Source: Anthoceros angustus (Eukaryota; Plantae; Anthocerotophyta). Taken from it: a DNA stretch of 64,000 nt. The first letter of the stretch is position 1. Each line of letters starts with the position of its first letter. Both the position numbers and the translations under genes were made by a program. Positions 61,701 to 64,000 of this stretch are shown here, piece by piece. The notes under the pieces are model-generated. The model saw nothing but the letters and a program-made list of their open reading frames with translations, was not told the origin of the DNA and ran no database searches. The DNA lies in contig VJWM01000134.1 of the NCBI GenBank assembly GCA_010909165.1, positions 1 through 64,000 on the forward strand, in the 5' to 3' direction.

Positions 61701-64000
61701 TCGCGCGTTAGTCCCAGCCATATCTTGGCGAATAAATTCCACTTCGCTCCTTGAACAAAGAGATCCTCCAGCCATTGCCTTGCGACCATACTTCCTCCTT
61801 TGGTCGTAGGAACATGCTCATAACCTCCTCGGATCGATTCTTGGAGGCTGCAGAATGATCCCTCCCTTGTGGGCTTCCGGTATCAAATCGTATCACGGAA
61901 ATGCCGTACCTTCCACATCCCGGGATGACTTGATGTCGCATCCTCGAGCCGTCCTTGGTCACTCTCATTCGTCGCACTCACAGACCAAGGGGCTGCAAAG
62001 TGCCACCTGTACCAAGCAGCCATTCCATCTTCATCTCGGGCGCGTGGCGAGGCCTCAAATCTCGAGGTGAAATTTGGGCGGCCTACACTCGAACTTCGGG
62101 GTGGGTGTTTCTTACCTTTTCCCTTTGTGGGCGGTGTGGCGGCGGAGGTTTCCTCCCGTGGGAGTACCCGTTCCCGTCCTCACTATCTTTACCTACCTTC
62201 ACGCAGGGAGCACACACAAGGATAGCAAAATTGGAGAGATTGGAGTAATCTATCGGGCTAAGAGAGTGGAGCAAAGAGGTGGTGGTTTGGGTGAGATAAC
62301 GGCAAGGGGACTTCCGTGCTCCTCGGCAGTCGGCCTCACACCACACGAGGTGGCCTTGGCTCCTTCAATCTCCCTCCAGCGGTTTCGCTACCCTCACGAG
62401 TAGCTTCTATCTTGGCTTCTTCCACTCGTGAAGAACCTCCTCCTCCGATATAGGTGTACGAGGAAGGTAGAGACAAAGCGATTCTTGCTCCTCCATCACC
62501 AAATGGTTCGGCGCAACCGCCTGTTCATACTAATGGTGGCCCAATCCACCAACTTCCCGGACATCTCATACATCATCATTAAATGGGAATTTCCTGCACG
62601 CCTTCCTTGCACAAGACGTTAGTCCCAGCCATATCTTGGCGAATAAATTCCACTTCCTCCTTGAACAAAGAGATCCTCCAGCCATTGCCTTGCGACCATA
62701 CTTCCTCCTTTGGTCGTAGGAACATGCTCATAACCTCCTCGGATCGATTCTTGGAGGCTGCAGAATGATCCCTCCCTTGTGGGCTTCGGTATCAAATCGT
62801 ATCACGGAAATGCCGTACCTTCCACATCCGGGATGGACTTGATGTCGCATCCTCGAGCCGTCCTTGGTCACTCTCATTCGTCGCACTCACAGACCAAGGG
62901 GCTGCAAAGTGCCACCCGGTACCAAGCAGCCATTCCATCTTCATCTCGGGCGCGTGGCGAGGCCTCAAATCTCGAGGTGAAATTTGGGCGGCCTACACTC
63001 GAACTTCGGGGTGGGTGTTTCTTACCTTTTCCCTTTGTGGGCGGTGTGGCGGCGGAGGTTTCCTCCCGTGGGAGTACCCGTTCCCGTCCTCACTATCTTT
63101 ACCATCCTGTGGGAGCACACACAAGGATAGCAAAATTGGAGAGATTGGAGTAATCTATCGGGCTAAGAGAGTGGAGCAAAGAGGTGGTGGTTTGGGTGAG
63201 ATAACGGCAAGGGGACTTCCGTGCTCCTCAACAGTCTGGCCTCCACACCACAAGAGGTGGCCTCGGCTCCCTTCAATCTCCCTCCAGCGGTTTCGCTACC
63301 CTTGATCTGTGCTCTTCCCTCAGCGCCTCTCCAACAATTGCTCCTCCGCTCGAGCACCTTCACTCCGCCGCCTGCGGACCCCTCAGACTCCTCTCCGTTT
63401 CTCCCCGCTCCGCCCAATCGCTCTGCGATCGCCCTCAGCTGCTCCTTGCTCGGCTTTCGCTCGCCTCGTCGCTGCGCCCTCGCGCCTTGATTCGCGCTCC
63501 CTCCGGCTGCGCGCTGTCGGCCGGCGCCGCTCACTGCTGCCTTCCTCCTTGACGCAACTCCACTTACTCCCTCGGTAGCCCGCTGCTGAAACTGGCGCCC
63601 GTTCAAAACCACAGCTAACGAGTTTGCGGTACATGCAAATCTGCCTTAATAATGCTCCTCACGATGGGCGCCACGTGTCGGTTCAAAACTCCTGTAGCCA
63701 TTTTCCATCTACAACTTAACTAGCCCTTTTGGCATATATAGCCATGCAACCTAAATAATTGAAGGCCAAGGAACTTCTTATCCCGAATATTCCTACTCCC
63801 ATGGTCCAAGGAACTTTCCGGAACCTATCATGCCTATATATGCTTCTATCTACCCATACTTCTCGATCAGAACCTCCTACAGTGCGATTGATTAAGTCCG
63901 AACTCCCTCGGACGTCCTACCATCTTCCTACTGTTTCTATCGACCTACCTACACACACTGCACGAACAACTACTACCCAATCTACAGCGTCGGTCTCCCA
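58754..64000 (-). repeat. Gypsy-2 5' LTR (at least 5,247 bp; truncated by the window edge)
   Basis: Starts TGTGGTAGGTTTGCC like 45356 and parallels the 3' LTR up to about 51985. Confidence 0.85.

Larger units (their letters stand above)
45356..64000 (-). mobile_element. Gypsy-2: Athila-like LTR retrotransposon with giant LTRs, nearly complete (5' LTR runs just past the window end)
   Basis: 3' LTR 45356-52014, PPT 52015-52031, gag-pol 52050-57600, PBS 58735-58749 (TGGCGC.., resembles a tRNA-Asp PBS with deletions), 5' LTR 58754->64000. Confidence 0.88.

Noticed and set aside
45356-64000. Model of short LTRs with two gypsy elements in tandem sharing an LTR
   Set aside because: The PPT abuts 52014, and the solo copy with TSDs spans the whole ~6-kb unit.
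1-64000. Host protein-coding genes, rRNA or tRNA genes
   Set aside because: None recognised; the PBS sites are tRNA-complementary primers, not tRNA genes.

Overview
This is repeat-saturated eukaryotic DNA, probably from a non-seed plant or streptophyte alga (inferred from the retroelement types). I see no host gene, rRNA, tRNA or CRISPR array. Most of the window resolves into nested transposons with readable ends. (1) Element A (14679-29426, 14,748 bp) is a DNA transposon with perfect 21-bp TIRs and a 4-bp TSD (ACAT). It carries a decayed Sola-type transposase plus two further gene-like units. It splits a Ty3/gypsy integrase inside its CxxC zinc finger, and removing it restores AKCAICDEVKARFN in frame. 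(2) Element B (<1-10616) is a collinear sister of A whose transposase lacks the catalytic core. (3) The interrupted gypsy integrase ends in a PHD finger. (4) Family C is a second TIR family with AACAC termini and a 4-bp TSD, present as one complete 2.1-kb copy and one partial copy. (5) An Athila-like gypsy has LTRs of about 6 kb that appear to carry a long ORF; it is present as a solo LTR (32370-44045) and as a near-complete element (45356->64000). (6) A Ty1/copia (37901-43609) with TG..TA ends and extra ORFs on both sides of gag-pol sits inside the solo LTR. The best candidate for something new is the multi-gene, ~15-kb Sola-type family; the ORF-bearing giant LTR is second. Many indel-rich tandem duplications suggest a noisy long-read consensus, so frameshifts and some duplications may be artefacts. 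All homology calls are by eye; no database search was run.
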